64,000 nucleotides of DNA from Octopus vulgaris (taxonomy: Eukaryota). Below, piece by piece: positions 25,396 through 37,306 of this stretch; positions within the stretch are counted from its first letter, which is position 1, and each line of letters starts with the position of its first letter. The stretch spans positions 48,918,001 to 48,982,000 of the forward strand of contig OX597823.1 of assembly GCA_951406725.2 (NCBI GenBank), written 5' to 3'. Made by a program: the position numbers and the translations under genes. The notes beneath the pieces were generated by a model, which was not told the DNA's origin, ran no database searches, and worked only from the letters and a program-made list of their open reading frames with translations.

Positions 25396-26643
25396 ATTAA
25401 TAATGTGGTTTTTTAATACTTATTTTATTTTTCAAACTTAAGATAAACAAAGTTCTTTTTTTAATCTAAAATAGACTCTCTTTCATTTTCTACAATGCTC
25501 CTCAATCTATCTGGAACACTTGCAAGGCCCCTTTTCCAAAATTCACTTGTCCGTGACAAAAAATACTACTCCAGTACTGTTCTGACTCCAGTACTGTTTG
25601 TCTATAGAATTTACATTTTTTCCATCCAAATGATTTTAAAGACTGTGGAATAAATGATAATCAGATAGAGCAATGTCCAGCAAATATGATGTTGGGGCAT
25701 CATTTCCCATTTAAACTGCTCCAGCCTTTAAAATATCATCCTCGCTGTATGTGGCTGAGCATTATCCTGATGGAAGAAAACCTTTAGTTTTGAAACAAAA
25801 AGATGGTCATTTCTTCTAGCAGGGACTTAAGCTGCTCAAGCTGCTCAAGCTGCTCATAGTAGATCTTTGTTATTGTTTGGTTTTGGACTAAACATTTCAT
25901 ATCCCACCAAACAGATAACAACACCTTACACCTTCTTTAGCCTGGGGTGCTGGTGTTACTCCTTTTCCTACCCATTGTCTTCGGTGCTTGACATTTTTAT
26001 AGAGAACCCATTTATCGTCACCAATCACTATTTTGTCAAAAAAAGGTTCATTCATGAGATGTGATAGCAAAGAAGAGCACACATTCACTCTGTGCACATG
26101 ATTAGACTCAGAAAGTTTGTGAGGAACCCATTGACCCAATTTGCTGACTTTTCTGATGGTACGCAGGTGTTGTGTGAATGGTTGAACGACCAAATCCAAG
26201 CTTCTCTGCTAGCTCCTCAACGGTTACGATGGGATTTTGTTCCACCAGGGTTTGAAAGATGTCCTCGTTGAACTCTACAGATCTTCCAGAATGAGGCTCA
26301 TCTTCTAGTCTGTAGTTTCTGGAGTCACCGTTGACACTGGCTTGTGCTTATTGTCCAATCCCCATATACTGCATTAATATTCCTCACACTTTCTGTTTCT
26401 TTGTTACCTTTATTGAACTCCTAAAGCAAAATATGCCAAAAATCCCCCTTTGCTACTTCAATTATAGCTTTGAAAAAATAACTTTTAAAATTGAACTGCA
26501 CTCTTCAAAATTTGCACTAAGAATAAGGACAAGGTAAAATTTCTACTTGGTTTTATAGCAAGTTGATGCAGGTAGTTTATTCCATCCCACTCTGACTTTT
26601 AGTTCATGCAATTGAAAAAACTGCATTATTTATGGGATGACTG
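25396..26643 (-). mobile_element. Near-full-length decayed mariner
   Basis: WVPHKL, IVIGDDKWVLY (DEKW), DIALSDYHLFHSL; end CAGTCATCCCATAAATAATGCAGTTTTT with partial TIR at ~25398. Confidence 0.9.
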
Positions 26644-26964
26644 TTTTTTTCCCTAGGTTTTTTTCGAGTGCATTCAACGTTATCACACCTCCAAAGATTT
26701 GGCTGCTATTTCTAGCATGCCCTGCTACTATGTAGCAATTATTTGTGATGAAGGATCCAACATACCTGTTACGTGATAGTAGAGTGTGCAAGAAATAGCA
26801 GCCAAATATTTCTTTTTCTGGGGGAAAGGAGCAGTTTACGTGTGATTTTGATGTCACATTTGTTGAAAGCATGCGAAATAACCTGGAATAAAACCGCTCG
26901 AAACAAAACTCTGTTGCTGGGAAGCTGAGTTTCTCAGTGACCCAAAGGGTCACATGTAGACTAG

Positions 26965-27132
26965 TATATATATATTGGACTTCTTTCAGCTTCTGTCTAC
27001 CAAATTCACTCACAAGGTTTTGTTTGGCCCAGTGCCATAGCAGATGACACTTGTTTAAAATGACACATGGTGGGACTGAACCCCAAACCAATTAGTTGAG
27101 AAGCAAACTTCTTACCACACAGCTATTCCTGC
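26965..27132 (-). mobile_element. SINE family A head
   Basis: CTTCTTTCAGCTTCTGTCTACCAAATTCACTCACAAGG...GGGACTGAACCC. Confidence 0.8.
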
Positions 27133-27289
27133 ATATTAATATGCATATATTAATTTTGTTTTATTTTTCCTTGATGCAATCATTGTTTGGGGAAAAAAAG
27201 TGCAAGTTATTGAAATCATATAATTAAGAAATAGAAAATGACAAACTTTTAAGGTTCATCATGTCTGTTATACTTGTTGTCTTCTTAAT

Positions 27290-27432
27290 GAGAATTCCAC
27301 CAAGGTTGACTTTACCTTTCATCCTTTCGAGTTTGATAAAATAAGCACCAGTTGAGCATTGGGGTCGATGTAACTGACTTTACCCCCTCCTCCAGAATTG
27401 CTGACCTTGTGCCAAAATTTGCAACCAATATT
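27290..27432 (+). mobile_element. SINE family B, 5'-truncated
   Basis: GGTTGACTTTACCTTTCATCCTTTCG...CCTTGTGCCAAAATTTG. Confidence 0.75.
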
Positions 27433-27438
27433 GTTTAT

Positions 27439-27604
27439 TGGAGTGGCTGTGTGGTAAGTAGCTTGCTTACCAACCACATTGTTCCGGTTTCAGTCCCACT
27501 GTGTGGCACCTTGGGCAAGTGTCTTCTACTATAGCCTCGGGCTGACCAAAGCCTTGTGAGTGGATTTGGTAGACAGAAACTGAAAGAAGCCTGTCATATA
27601 TATG

Positions 27605-27645
<41 letters not shown>

Positions 27646-27859
27646 GTGTGTGTATACGTTTGTGTCTGTGTTTGTACCCCCAACATCACTTGACAACTGA
27701 AGCTGGTGTGTTTACATCCCTGTAACTTAGCAGTATCGCAAAAGTGACTGACAAAATAAGTACTAGGCTTACAAAGAATAAGTCCAGGGGTCGATTTGCT
27801 CGACAAAAGGTGGTGCTCCAGCATGGCCACAGTCAAATGACTGAAACAAGCAAAAGAGT
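27439..27859 (+). mobile_element. SINE family A, full length
   Basis: Complete head to tail. Confidence 0.9.
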
Positions 27860-27923
27860 GTTATAGTCTTAAAAAAGCTGATCTATATCCAGAACAAGAA
27901 GGTACACCAGAGTTGGTTATAGT

Positions 27924-28144
27924 CAAGGTGGTGAGCTGGCAGAATCATTACCATGCTAGACAAAATGCTTAACAGTATTTCGTCTGTCTTCACATTTTGA
28001 GTTCAAATTCCACTAAGGTTAACTTTGCCTTTCATCTTTTTGAGGTCAATAAAATAAGTACCAGCTGAGCAGTGGGGGTTGATGTAATTGACTTTACCCC
28101 CTCCCACAAACTTGCTGGCCTTATACCAAAATTTGTAACCAATA
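27924..28144 (+). mobile_element. SINE family B, full length
   Basis: AAGGTGGTGAGCTGGCAGAATC...GAGTTCAAATTCC...CCAAAATTTGTAACCAATA. Confidence 0.85.
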
Positions 28145-29169
28145 TAGTCTAAATGATTTATTGATTTAAATAATATCAACAAAATATCACATACTATGTA
28201 ATATTAAATTTGTTTTCTTAAATTTATCATTATGTAGGATTAAATACTTGATAATTTATGACAAATATTGTAAGGTGTAGGATGTAATTAACCAGCTGCC
28301 ATGTTATCCCAATAAGATGACAATAACACTACCATTTACTATCTCTTACTGGTTACATGACAATTCACAAAGTAATGATTGTGTTTTCATTGCAACAGCA
28401 ATACACCATCTAATTTCCCACCTCTCTCCCCCTCCTCCCTCTCTCACTTTCTTCCTCAGTAATACTAATTCTTTTATTATGTTCTCATTAAGCTAACTAA
28501 AGAACCACTATATGGAAGATCAACCCACTAGAAATACCAGCAAATTTTTCTCTAATCACAGAGCATTATAACTTCTGATATTACAAGATAAATCACTAAC
28601 CTTATACTAGTCCCTGTTCAATATCTTACTATATTTATGTTGATAATTTTACCCTATTAAATCAAAGAAATCTTTAGCTATATCAATTCTGTCTAATTAA
28701 ATACTGGGTTATATGATAACATTTGTTTCATTGTTCCTATGCTTCTTGCATTCAGTGTTTTCCTCATATCTTTTGTTTCTTTTTTGTAGAGGAGAGAGAT
28801 TCTGTTGCTGTTGCTGGATGCTTATTTTATTGCCAAACAGCCTAAGTATGTATACCAATTCTTCATTTGGCTTGTGGTATACTAATTTCTCATTTGGTTT
28901 GTGGCATAGTCTAAAATAATTATTACTCAGTCTCAGCCATAAGTCTAACCAACTTAGGACTGTTACAATTTTTCAGAAGAATTAGACCGTTATCATGATA
29001 TTAACTATATTTCATTCAAGTAAAATTTTTTCTCAATAAATCTTGAATACATAGCTGTAGCAGTGATTTGGAACTGAACTACTTGGTAACCAGTCATGCA
29101 TCATAACTGAGCCACAGTAGTTTCATGTGTTTACTCTTTTAAGCAACGAATTGGCATGAAGCCATTGTG

Positions 29170-29660
29170 TGATTCAATCTTCCAGAATCTTCTCTTTGTG
29201 CCTTTTATAGGACACTTTTAGTGGTAATTGCAGAATGTTGAGGCAACAGTTGGATATGTCTCCAGTCTTGTCACAGCCTGATGACCCAGGAAGATAGTTA
29301 AGCCAGACAGCAGATAGATGACAAGAATTTCCGTCACCACGAATATAGTACAATTGTTTCCAGTTATGTTGGGTCATCCACATGTTGCCATAAAACTGTG
29401 AGCAGTATGTCTCCCCTGGTGTGTAATTATAGCTGTTGTTATTTGTAAAAGACCAACATAGTTTAACTTTATGTGCAATAAAATCTCTTGTTAAATGTTT
29501 GCAGCTGTAGTCAGTTATTTCTTCATGCATCTCAAGAAACACATTTTCATTCATGAACTCAACCAGCCATCAGCACAGACCAGCCAACAAACACACTCAT
29601 GACATGGCTGTTTATTTTCAATCACCTGAGCACTAAGATATGCTCCCATAGAAATATCAA
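29170..29660 (-). mobile_element. Decayed RTE-like LINE fragment
   Basis: RDFIAHKVKL and YTPGETY traces resemble the RTE post-RT region. Confidence 0.3.
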
Positions 29661-29699
29661 GGAACTCATCCCTGCTTTTCCTTTAACCATATTTTATTA

Positions 29700-30490
29700 T
29701 CGAAACACACTAACATCAAATTCTTTAATATCAATAATAGTTTTCATAAAATCCAGGTTCTTCGTTAATAAAAGTTTTGATTATTAAGGGATAAAAGTCT
29801 GCTATATTGATCTGTATAAATTTATAGTTTTCCTTCTCTTTTATGCCACAAAGCCATTCTTGTACTTCAATTGTGTTCCACCATAACCTTTATAAAGGAA
29901 ACTTCTTTTGCTCTGAAAAATATTTTCTCTAAATTTTTTCTTTGTTGCTAATTATAACTAACTATAACTTAACTGGGTTAATTAATCTACACTTAAGGGT
30001 ATTCTCAAAGTTTAAAGAATGGACTTTATGCATTATAAAATGGGTCTAAGGTGCCAAGCATTCTACTCTATCATCTATCTTTAGTTTCGCTGCTGGCTCT
30101 TTGACTTAGATTAATAGACTTATAAGCTTTGTTTCTAGACCTCCTCTAAATGTTTGTTATATTGTTTGATAAAGGCCATTTATACGTGTTAACAACTACT
30201 TAATATAAATTCCTTGTTTAATAATTGGAAACATCGACTTGTTTGATTTATGTAGTGACATTAAATATTCATTTAACTTACTTTGAAAGCTGTTGTGTAC
30301 TTTACAGAATTTGATTCTTTTAAGATACTTAAAAAGTCATCTTCAAACTTTGTTATATCTTTATTATACAATAAATTTTTACATGATTTGAAGTCAAATT
30401 TATTGTCTTTATAACATTCAGGCTCTTTGTTACCAAAACATATGTACATATATATATCCTCAATATTTTTATAAAAAGCTTCACTATCAC
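29700..30490 (-). pseudogene. Decayed Penelope-like ORF, N-terminus to RT motif A
   Basis: KFDFKSCK..DITKFEDDFLSILK, KCRLIKP, YKFIQINIADFYP (PLE FDIxDFYPSI motif); frameshifts and stops. Confidence 0.6.
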
Positions 30491-30529
30491 AAACATGTGT
30501 TTCATATACATACTTTCTCATTAGAATGG

Positions 30530-30695
30530 TTCCTCTTCCTCCTCCCCCTCTTTCTCCTCCTTTTTCTCCTCCTCTTTTTCTCCCCCTCTTCCTCCCCTCC
30601 ACCTTCCCTCTTTCTCCTTTTTGTCCTCCTCATTCGTCTCTTCTTCCTCCCCATCTTCCTCTTCCCATCCATCACCACCACTACCACCACCATTC
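30530..30695. repeat. Pyrimidine-rich (CCT/CTT)n and (CAC)n low-complexity tract
   Basis: Direct reading. Confidence 0.9.
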
Positions 30696-30786
30696 TCTTT
30701 TGCTGAACTGCTAAGTTAAGTGGACAACATCAGTTGTCAAGTAGCTGGAAAGGGATAAACTCAGTCAAAAAGCCACACACATACTT

Positions 30787-30977
30787 CATCATCACCATCA
30801 ACATTTTTGGTGTCCATTTTCCACACTGGCATGGGTTGAATGGTTTGACTGGAGATGATAAACTGGATAGCTGCATCAGGCTCCAATCTGTTTTGGCATG
30901 TTTTTATGGCTGGGTGTCCTTCCTAATATCAACCACTCCACTGAGTGTATTGGGTGTCTTTTACATACCACTGACAC
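30787..30977 (-). mobile_element. Family C, diverged
   Basis: GTCCATTTTCCACACTGGCATGGGTTGAATGGTTTGAC...AACCACTCC. Confidence 0.75.
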
Positions 30978-31011
30978 ATGTGTGTGTATGTATATATATA
31001 TATATATATAT

Positions 31012-32697
31012 CCTTAAATCCTTAAAAATGTTTTAGGCCGAAGGCCGCGGCCATACTGGGGCACCACCACTGAATGAGCTACTCTAATTTGTGAATCCAC
31101 CTCTGATACGTGGCACTTGATCAACAAGGGAGTTCGATGCTGCTGCCCGCATCCACGTCTCCTGTCGTGAGGTAGGTTTATCTGGGACTCCCGACAAGAA
31201 GAGATCCAGTTTAGTTTTAAAGAAACCCACATCCACACCATGTAAGTCTCTCAGGCATTTAGGGAGGATGTTAAAGAGCTGTGGTCCTCTGAAACCCAAG
31301 CTGTTGCAGTATCTGGACCTGTATTTTGATGGTGATGTTGGAATCCTTGGCACCATGCAGTGGCGCCCTGTTCTGCAGTTGGGGTAACTTTGAATGCCAA
31401 AGTTTGGGACAAGACCCTCCAGGATTTTCCAGATGTATATCACCGCATATCTCTCCTGCTTCCACTCTAGGGAGAAGATGTTTAATACCTTCAGTCTTTC
31501 CCAGTAGCTGATATTTTGCATTGAGACGATTTTCTTTGTGTAGCTTCTCTGAATTGCTTCGAGTTCTGCTGTTAGTTTTATATTGTGTGGTGACCACAGT
31601 TGGGAGCAGTAGTCCAAGCGGCTGAGGACGAATGTTTTCCATAGGACCATCAGTGTCTCTTCTCTCTTGTTCTGAAAGTTCGGAGAATCCATCCAGCTAG
31701 CCGTCTGCATTTTATCACCAGATTAGCAATATGCACTTGGAAAGATGCATCATTGCTCATGTCAATGCCCAGGTCACGCACTGATTTTGACTCAGGGATT
31801 GCAATTCTTCCTGGGCCAGTGTATCCAGTCTGCACGTCGTTTACCTTTGTGTGCCAGTAGCACAGGGCCTGGAACTTACCTGCATTAAACTGCATGTTGT
31901 TGTCCTCAGCCCACCTGTATATTGTGTCCAGCTCCTGTTGCAGATGCGCAATATTTTCAGGGTTTTGTATTGCATGGGAGACTTTTGTGTCATCTGCATA
32001 GCTAGCAAGGGTGGTCATCGTAGCAACTGAAGGCATGTCTGAAAGGGCCACTATGAACATCAGTGGCCCCAAGACAGTGCCCTGTGGGACACCGCTTGTT
32101 ATTTGCGTTTCCTTGGAGGTGGCTCCATTGCTCACAACTGCCTGTTTTCTGTCTTTTAGGAAGTTGTGCAGCCACTCTCCAAGTTTTCCGCCTATGCCGA
32201 GACCACGCAGTTTGTGACAGATCATACCATGGTCAACCTTATCAAAGGCTTTTGCAAAGTCGAGATATATTACATCCACATTTGAGCCATTTAGTAGCTG
32301 TTTCAACACCCAGTCATAGTGTTGCAGGAGCTGTGTTAGGCAGCCTCTACCTGGTCGAAATCCATGCTGGGTGTCAGATAGCAAGTCATTTTCTTCAAGG
32401 AACATGATTAGTTTCTTATGGACTATTTGTTCCATGACTTTGCTGATGTGTGAGGTCAGAGAGATAGGCCTATAATTTTTAGCATCTGCTCTGCTACCTC
32501 CTTTATGGATAGGGCATATTACCCCCTCTTTCAATTTGACTGGGAGCTTACCACTTGCAAGAAAGCTCTGAAAAAGAAGCTGTAGCGGTTTTGCAAGGGC
32601 TCGTTTGCACGATTTGAGAAGGATCGCTGGGAATCCATCAGGTCCAGCAGCTGAGTTTGTGTCAATCTCATCTATGGCTAGTGTGATATCATCATCT

Positions 32698-32700
<3 letters not shown>
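31012..32700 (-). mobile_element. 5'-truncated CR1-like non-LTR retrotransposon (RT, C-terminus, 3' tail)
   Basis: [58 protein letters not shown]; one frameshift near 31655; tail GGTGCCCCAGTATGGCCGC...TTTAAGGA repeats; (TA)n at both ends. Confidence 0.95.
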
Positions 32701-32750
<50 letters not shown>

Positions 32751-32751
<1 letters not shown>

Positions 32752-33193
32752 TTATTAGTGAATTGAAGAAATGGAGTTGAACGAAGATTGAACAGAAATC
32801 CTTTTATTGCATTCTACACGTGTTTCGAAAGCCACAATTTACCAAATTCCGATTGAATAAGGAGACCATATTGTGTCTTTCTCTTCAGGAAGAAATAGGA
32901 ATTCCGTTGGCAGAACAAAAACAGAACAGAGGCGCAGCAAAACAAATCGAACGAGGAGGCTCCTAAGAGCCCATGGCCAATAAAAGGATTTCTGTTCAAT
33001 CTTCGTTCAACTCCATTTCTTCAATTCGCTAATAATATTAAAATTCAATTATCCGCACCAATGCACGGTTGCAACACCATATGGTTGTACCTCCAACCGT
33101 GCTTTCTTCTGCTGTGATTTTTGCTACCAAGGTATCGGTTAAACTTTTGATTAATCTGCAACAAGATTATTCATCTTTCTAATTCACCAAACA
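32751..33193 (-). mobile_element. Young non-coding HHR-bearing fold-back element between (TA)n tracts (family H5)
   Basis: ~60-bp inverted repeat 32751-32809 / 32978-33036 with 1 mismatch; intact HHR core at 32812-32891. Confidence 0.85.
32812..32891 (-). ncRNA. Type I hammerhead ribozyme, intact core
   Basis: TTC CTGAAGA GAAAGACACAAT...ATTGTGGCTTTC GAAA C ACGT GTA GAA; stem II 11/12 bp, palindromic stem III ACACGTGT, GUA triplet, 3-bp stem I. Confidence 0.85.
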
Positions 33194-33225
33194 TATATAT
33201 ATATATATATATATACATATATATG

Positions 33226-33267
<42 letters not shown>

Positions 33268-33315
33268 TATGTATATATATACATATATATACATATATAT
33301 ATATACATATATATA

Positions 33316-34722
33316 TGATAAAACGGTAAGATAAGAAAAGAAAGAAAGAGACCTCAATATTATGTAAATAGAGGAAATTTATCTATACAATATGTTACAT
33401 TACTCGGTAGTCAAGATAAAACTCTGAGTTTCAGATGCCGAAGTGGAAATCCACAACACCATCTCTTCGGTTATCTGGCTATTTGAAAACGTTATGAAAA
33501 AATACCGTTAAAAATGAAGGGAAATTACTCTGTTATAACTCTGCTTTGCCTGCGTACTTATACATCGCTCGCATTTTTCGTCATAAAAATTATATAAAAA
33601 TACATAAAAATATATAAAAATATATAAAATATATAAAATCTTCTTGGGACATAACACAGAAAGCATGTTCTATCCGTTTTCTTTAGGGGACCAAAAACGT
33701 AACAGAAATTTAGTCACATGTGGGCATGATCCGAAAAGCTCTGTCCTTGTATTTAGACATGTGGTAGGGTCTAAGCTGCTTTTCCAGATAAGCCATCTCT
33801 CCATGTCGCATAAACCGCACCTTCCGCTGCCGTTAGTGTAGGGCTTACATCTGGCCAAAATCTTCCATTGTATGTTATAATCGACACCTTTATCTCTTAA
33901 AGACCAAATATGATTGGATAATTGTGTCGCTTTTCTTTTGTTCCAGTGCCTAAAGCTCAAAGTGTGGTTATTGAACCTGGCCTTGAAATTACCCTCTGTC
34001 AGACCCACGTATTTCTTCATCGAAACGGTGTCTTTAGTGGTTATAGAGTTTACGGTAGCTTCATATATGATGGTCTTGGACATGCAAGCTCCATTTAGCG
34101 GGCACAATTCTTTATTCCTGCATGAACAGCTGTTTTCTTCTTGTGTTTTTTGTATGTTATGATTGATTATGTTTTTAAAATTGGTAGTTGAACTAAAACT
34201 AATTTTTAAATTGTGTCTATTGAAGAGTTTCCTATAAGCATGGTTAACTGGAAAATGTCTATCTATCAGTGCTAGGAAATATTTACCTATATTGAAGGCC
34301 ACCTCGGGTGAGTAAGGGGCGTAAACCAGATGACCTTCCTATTTCTATTATTCCTTTTCCTTACTGTTGGGCTGGTGATAGGTGTATATTTTATTTTTTC
34401 GCTAAAACCACTATCTTTTAAAGCTTTATTATAAACTGGGGCAACGCTATTGAAGATGTCCTCATTAGATGAGAGGCTAGAAATCCTCTTACTAATATTT
34501 TTAACTAAATTTTTGAATACTATAGGGGGATGGCATGAACCTACATTAATATAACTTAGTCTATCATTGGGCTTCCTATAAGGCTTATAAATATTATTAT
34601 TAAGATCTAAGGAAACGTCTAAGAAATTGACAACCGTCAATGGTGTTGTGGATTTCCACTTCGGCATCTGAAACTCAGAGTTTTATCTTGACTACCGAGT
34701 AATGTAACATATTGTATAGATA
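33316..34722 (-). mobile_element. 5'-truncated Penelope-like element (RT thumb and GIY-YIG endonuclease) with inverted pLTR
   Basis: VNFLDVSL..YRKP..SCHP (34290-34638); CSCR..CPLNGAC..IIYEATV..YVGLTEGNFKARFNNH..CGLCDME (33670-34302); perfect 83-bp inverted repeat 33380-33462 / 34640-34722; (TA)n both sides. Confidence 0.95.
33415..33475 (-). ncRNA. HHR-like motif in PLE pLTR (variant core CCGAAGA)
   Basis: GATAA CCGAAGA GATG...CATC T GAAA CTC-A-GAG TT TTATC; stem I GATAA/TTATC. Confidence 0.65.
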
Positions 34723-34728
34723 CATATA

Positions 34729-34784
<56 letters not shown>

Positions 34785-34804
34785 TATATGTATATACATA
34801 TACA

Positions 34805-35981
34805 TAAACTTAGATAAACTTAGATATGTTTCGACCAATGATTGGTCCAGGCCATGTCTAACTTAATAGCACCACCTGATAGGATTATTTGAATCCTGTT
34901 TAAGTCAAGTTTTGTTTATGGTCCATTCAAGTAGTGAGTTTTTGTTGGGTGAATTGTATCCAATTATGGGTGGCTTATCTGGTATTCCTTGAAGGAATCT
35001 ATCCAGACTCCGTTTAAAGTTGATGGGATCCTGTTCCTCTTTGATCTCTTTCGGGACAATGTTAAATAGGGCAGGGCCTACTGAGGAAAAGAAATTATGT
35101 TGTAGTGTACATGTATGCTGTGATCTTGAATTGGGCAGGGGGCATATGGCTCGTGGTCCCAGTCTTGGATGAACCTTGAAGCTAATGTTCAGGTCGTTTG
35201 GGCAAAGTTGGTGGTATATTCTCCACATCGTACAAATGATGTACCGCTCACGGCGACGCTGGAGAGAGTAGAGTTTCAAGGCTTTAAGGCGATCCCAATA
35301 ATCGAGAGCAGCCATGCTTTCAATTCGTTTAGTGAGTGCTCTCTGGGGTGATTAATCCTCGAGATGTTTTGTCTTGTATGGGGAGACCACAGTGGGCAGC
35401 AGTATTCGAGGTGTGGCCGTACAAAGGAGGAGAAAAGTGGTATGATGACACCTTGTTCTCTGGACCGGAAAGTTCTTAAGATTCAGGAACTCATCCTACG
35501 AGCTATATCGACCTTCTTGTTGATGTGTGCACTCCAACTGAGATCATCATCAACAATTACACCCAGGTCTCTGATATTGTTAGAGGCTGTGAGCGGTTCC
35601 CCTGAAGGAAGAGAGTATGGCTGTTTTAGTGAGGAATTTCTTCCAAAATGCATCAGCTCAAATTTTCCCTCGTTCAGTTGCATTTTGTTTCTGTCTGCCC
35701 ATTGACTCACAGCATATAGATCAGACTGGAGTTGAGTTCGGTCTGCTTCTTCATTGACGATTTGCTGGAGCTTAGAGTCATCAGCAAATATTTTCACTTT
35801 GCAGTAATGTACGACACTGGAAAGGTCGTTTATGTAGATTATGAAGAGTAGCGGACCCAAGACAGTCCCCTGGGGGACACCGCTGGTGACGTTTGCTGGG
35901 CTTGAGTGGACTCCATCAACTACAACATGTTGTGTTCTATTCGCCAGGAAATACTTGATCCAGTGTAGAACTTTTCCGCGG
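34805..35981 (-). mobile_element. Second 5'-truncated CR1-like LINE (different family)
   Basis: [48 protein letters not shown]; tail GGTGCT..CATGGCC..GACCAAT-C-ATTGGTC GAAAC plus TATCTAAGTT repeats; (TA)n both ends. Confidence 0.93.
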
Positions 35982-36064
35982 CATATATATATGTATATAT
36001 ATACATATATATATGTATATATATACATATATATATGTATATATATACATATATATATATATAC

Positions 36065-36111
<47 letters not shown>

Positions 36112-36116
<5 letters not shown>

Positions 36117-36187
36117 ATGGTAAGATAACAATACTCGGAGTTTTATTATGGCAAACGAATAGTTATCACATATTATATCACAGATAT
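36112..36187. mobile_element. ~75-bp minimal remnant of the GIY-YIG PLE family (both ends only)
   Basis: TAGTAATGGTAAGATAACAA (as 61921) fused to ACTCGGAGTTTTATTATGGCAA..GAATA (as 63557); TA both sides. Confidence 0.8.
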
Positions 36188-36224
36188 GATATATATATAT
36201 ATATATATATACTTCCCCCTTCCT

Positions 36225-36470
36225 CCATTCCCAGATGATGGTTTTTGTCTTGCATGGTACTTGGTGACTCAGTTGATCCAGGTGCCATCTGAAAAGCACT
36301 GGTGATGGTGCCATGTAAAAAACACCCAGTATGCTCTGTAAAATGGTTGACATTAGGAAGGACATCCAGCTTTAGAAACCATACTGAAATAAACTATGAA
36401 GCCTGTTATGGTTCCTGTCAAACTGTCCAGTGCATGCCAACATGGAAAAGAAGCATTTAATGATAATGTT
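36225..36470 (+). mobile_element. Family C, diverged
   Basis: GGTTGACATTAGGAAGGACATCCAGC...GCATGCCAACATGGAAAAG. Confidence 0.7.
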
Positions 36471-36552
36471 GATGAAAAAAAATGATGATGATGATGATGG
36501 TGATGGTGATGGTGGTGGTGGTGGTGGTGATGATTGATGATATATATGTTGC

Positions 36553-36638
36553 TTAGGCTCTGATGAAGCTATAGGATGATATCCTGGTACTCATCTAAGG
36601 GTCCACCATATCTTATAGCAGAAAGAACTGTAAGCTAA
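36553..36638 (+). ncRNA. Degenerate hammerhead ribozyme motif (family H6)
   Basis: GCT CTGATGA A GCTATAGGAT...ATCTTATAGC A GAAA GAACT GTA AGC; 10-bp stem II, stem I GCT/AGC; stem III mutated. Confidence 0.65.
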
Positions 36639-36699
36639 TGAAGTTCATTACATAATGCTTGTTTTTTTTGGTGTCATATCTTCGTTATACATATATGTG

Positions 36700-36813
36700 T
36701 GTGTGTGTGTGATGGGCTTCATTCAGTTTCTGTCTGTCAAATCCACTCACAAGATTTTGGTCAGCCCAAGGCTATAGTAGATGACACTTGCCCAAGGTGC
36801 CAAGCACAGTGGG

Positions 36814-36852
<39 letters not shown>

Positions 36853-36970
36853 CTCTCTCTCTCTCTCTCATTCACACACATATCTTTTATATTTAATTTG
36901 TTTCAGTTTTGGACTCCAGTCATGCTGGGGCATGTGGTTGGTAAGCAAGCTTCTTTCCACACAGCCTTGC
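36700..36970 (-). mobile_element. Fragmented SINE family A pieces
   Basis: ATCCACTCACAAG..GACACTTGCCCAAGGTGCC; CATGTGGTTGGTAAGCAAGC. Confidence 0.65.
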
Positions 36971-37090
36971 TTTATTTATTCATTTGTCATTTTTGATATT
37001 TGATATTCTAAGAAAAGTAATAACTCACGAAATAATAAAGTGAAAACTCTTTTTGGATGTCAGGAATTGAATTAAGGAGAGAATTGAAAT

Positions 37091-37306
37091 GAACCCTTTT
37101 GCATTCAAACCAGCCATATCCAGCCAAAATATTCTACCTGTTTTATGTTCATACTGGCTAGATCCAGCCTATCACACCTAGCCTACAATGTCATTCTAAA
37201 AATGTACAGTCATACCAACAAAATTTCAAAGCTATGAGATAATGCAGGATTTATTCAAAACAATGTGTTGCACCTGACAGAGTTAATCTGAATGTGATAG
37301 AGCTAA
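37091..37306 (+). mobile_element. MITE family E
   Basis: AACCCTTTTGCATTCAAACCAGCCATATCC...AATCTGAATG. Confidence 0.75.

Noticed and set aside
30497-30714. K/R/E-rich protamine-like and Pro/His-rich ORFs
   Set aside because: Purine/pyrimidine low-complexity tract with no splice or codon evidence
30990-36210. Repeat-spacer (CRISPR-like) reading of the TA-separated array
   Set aside because: Eukaryotic DNA; the spacers are retroelements and the repeats are simple microsatellite; no cas genes
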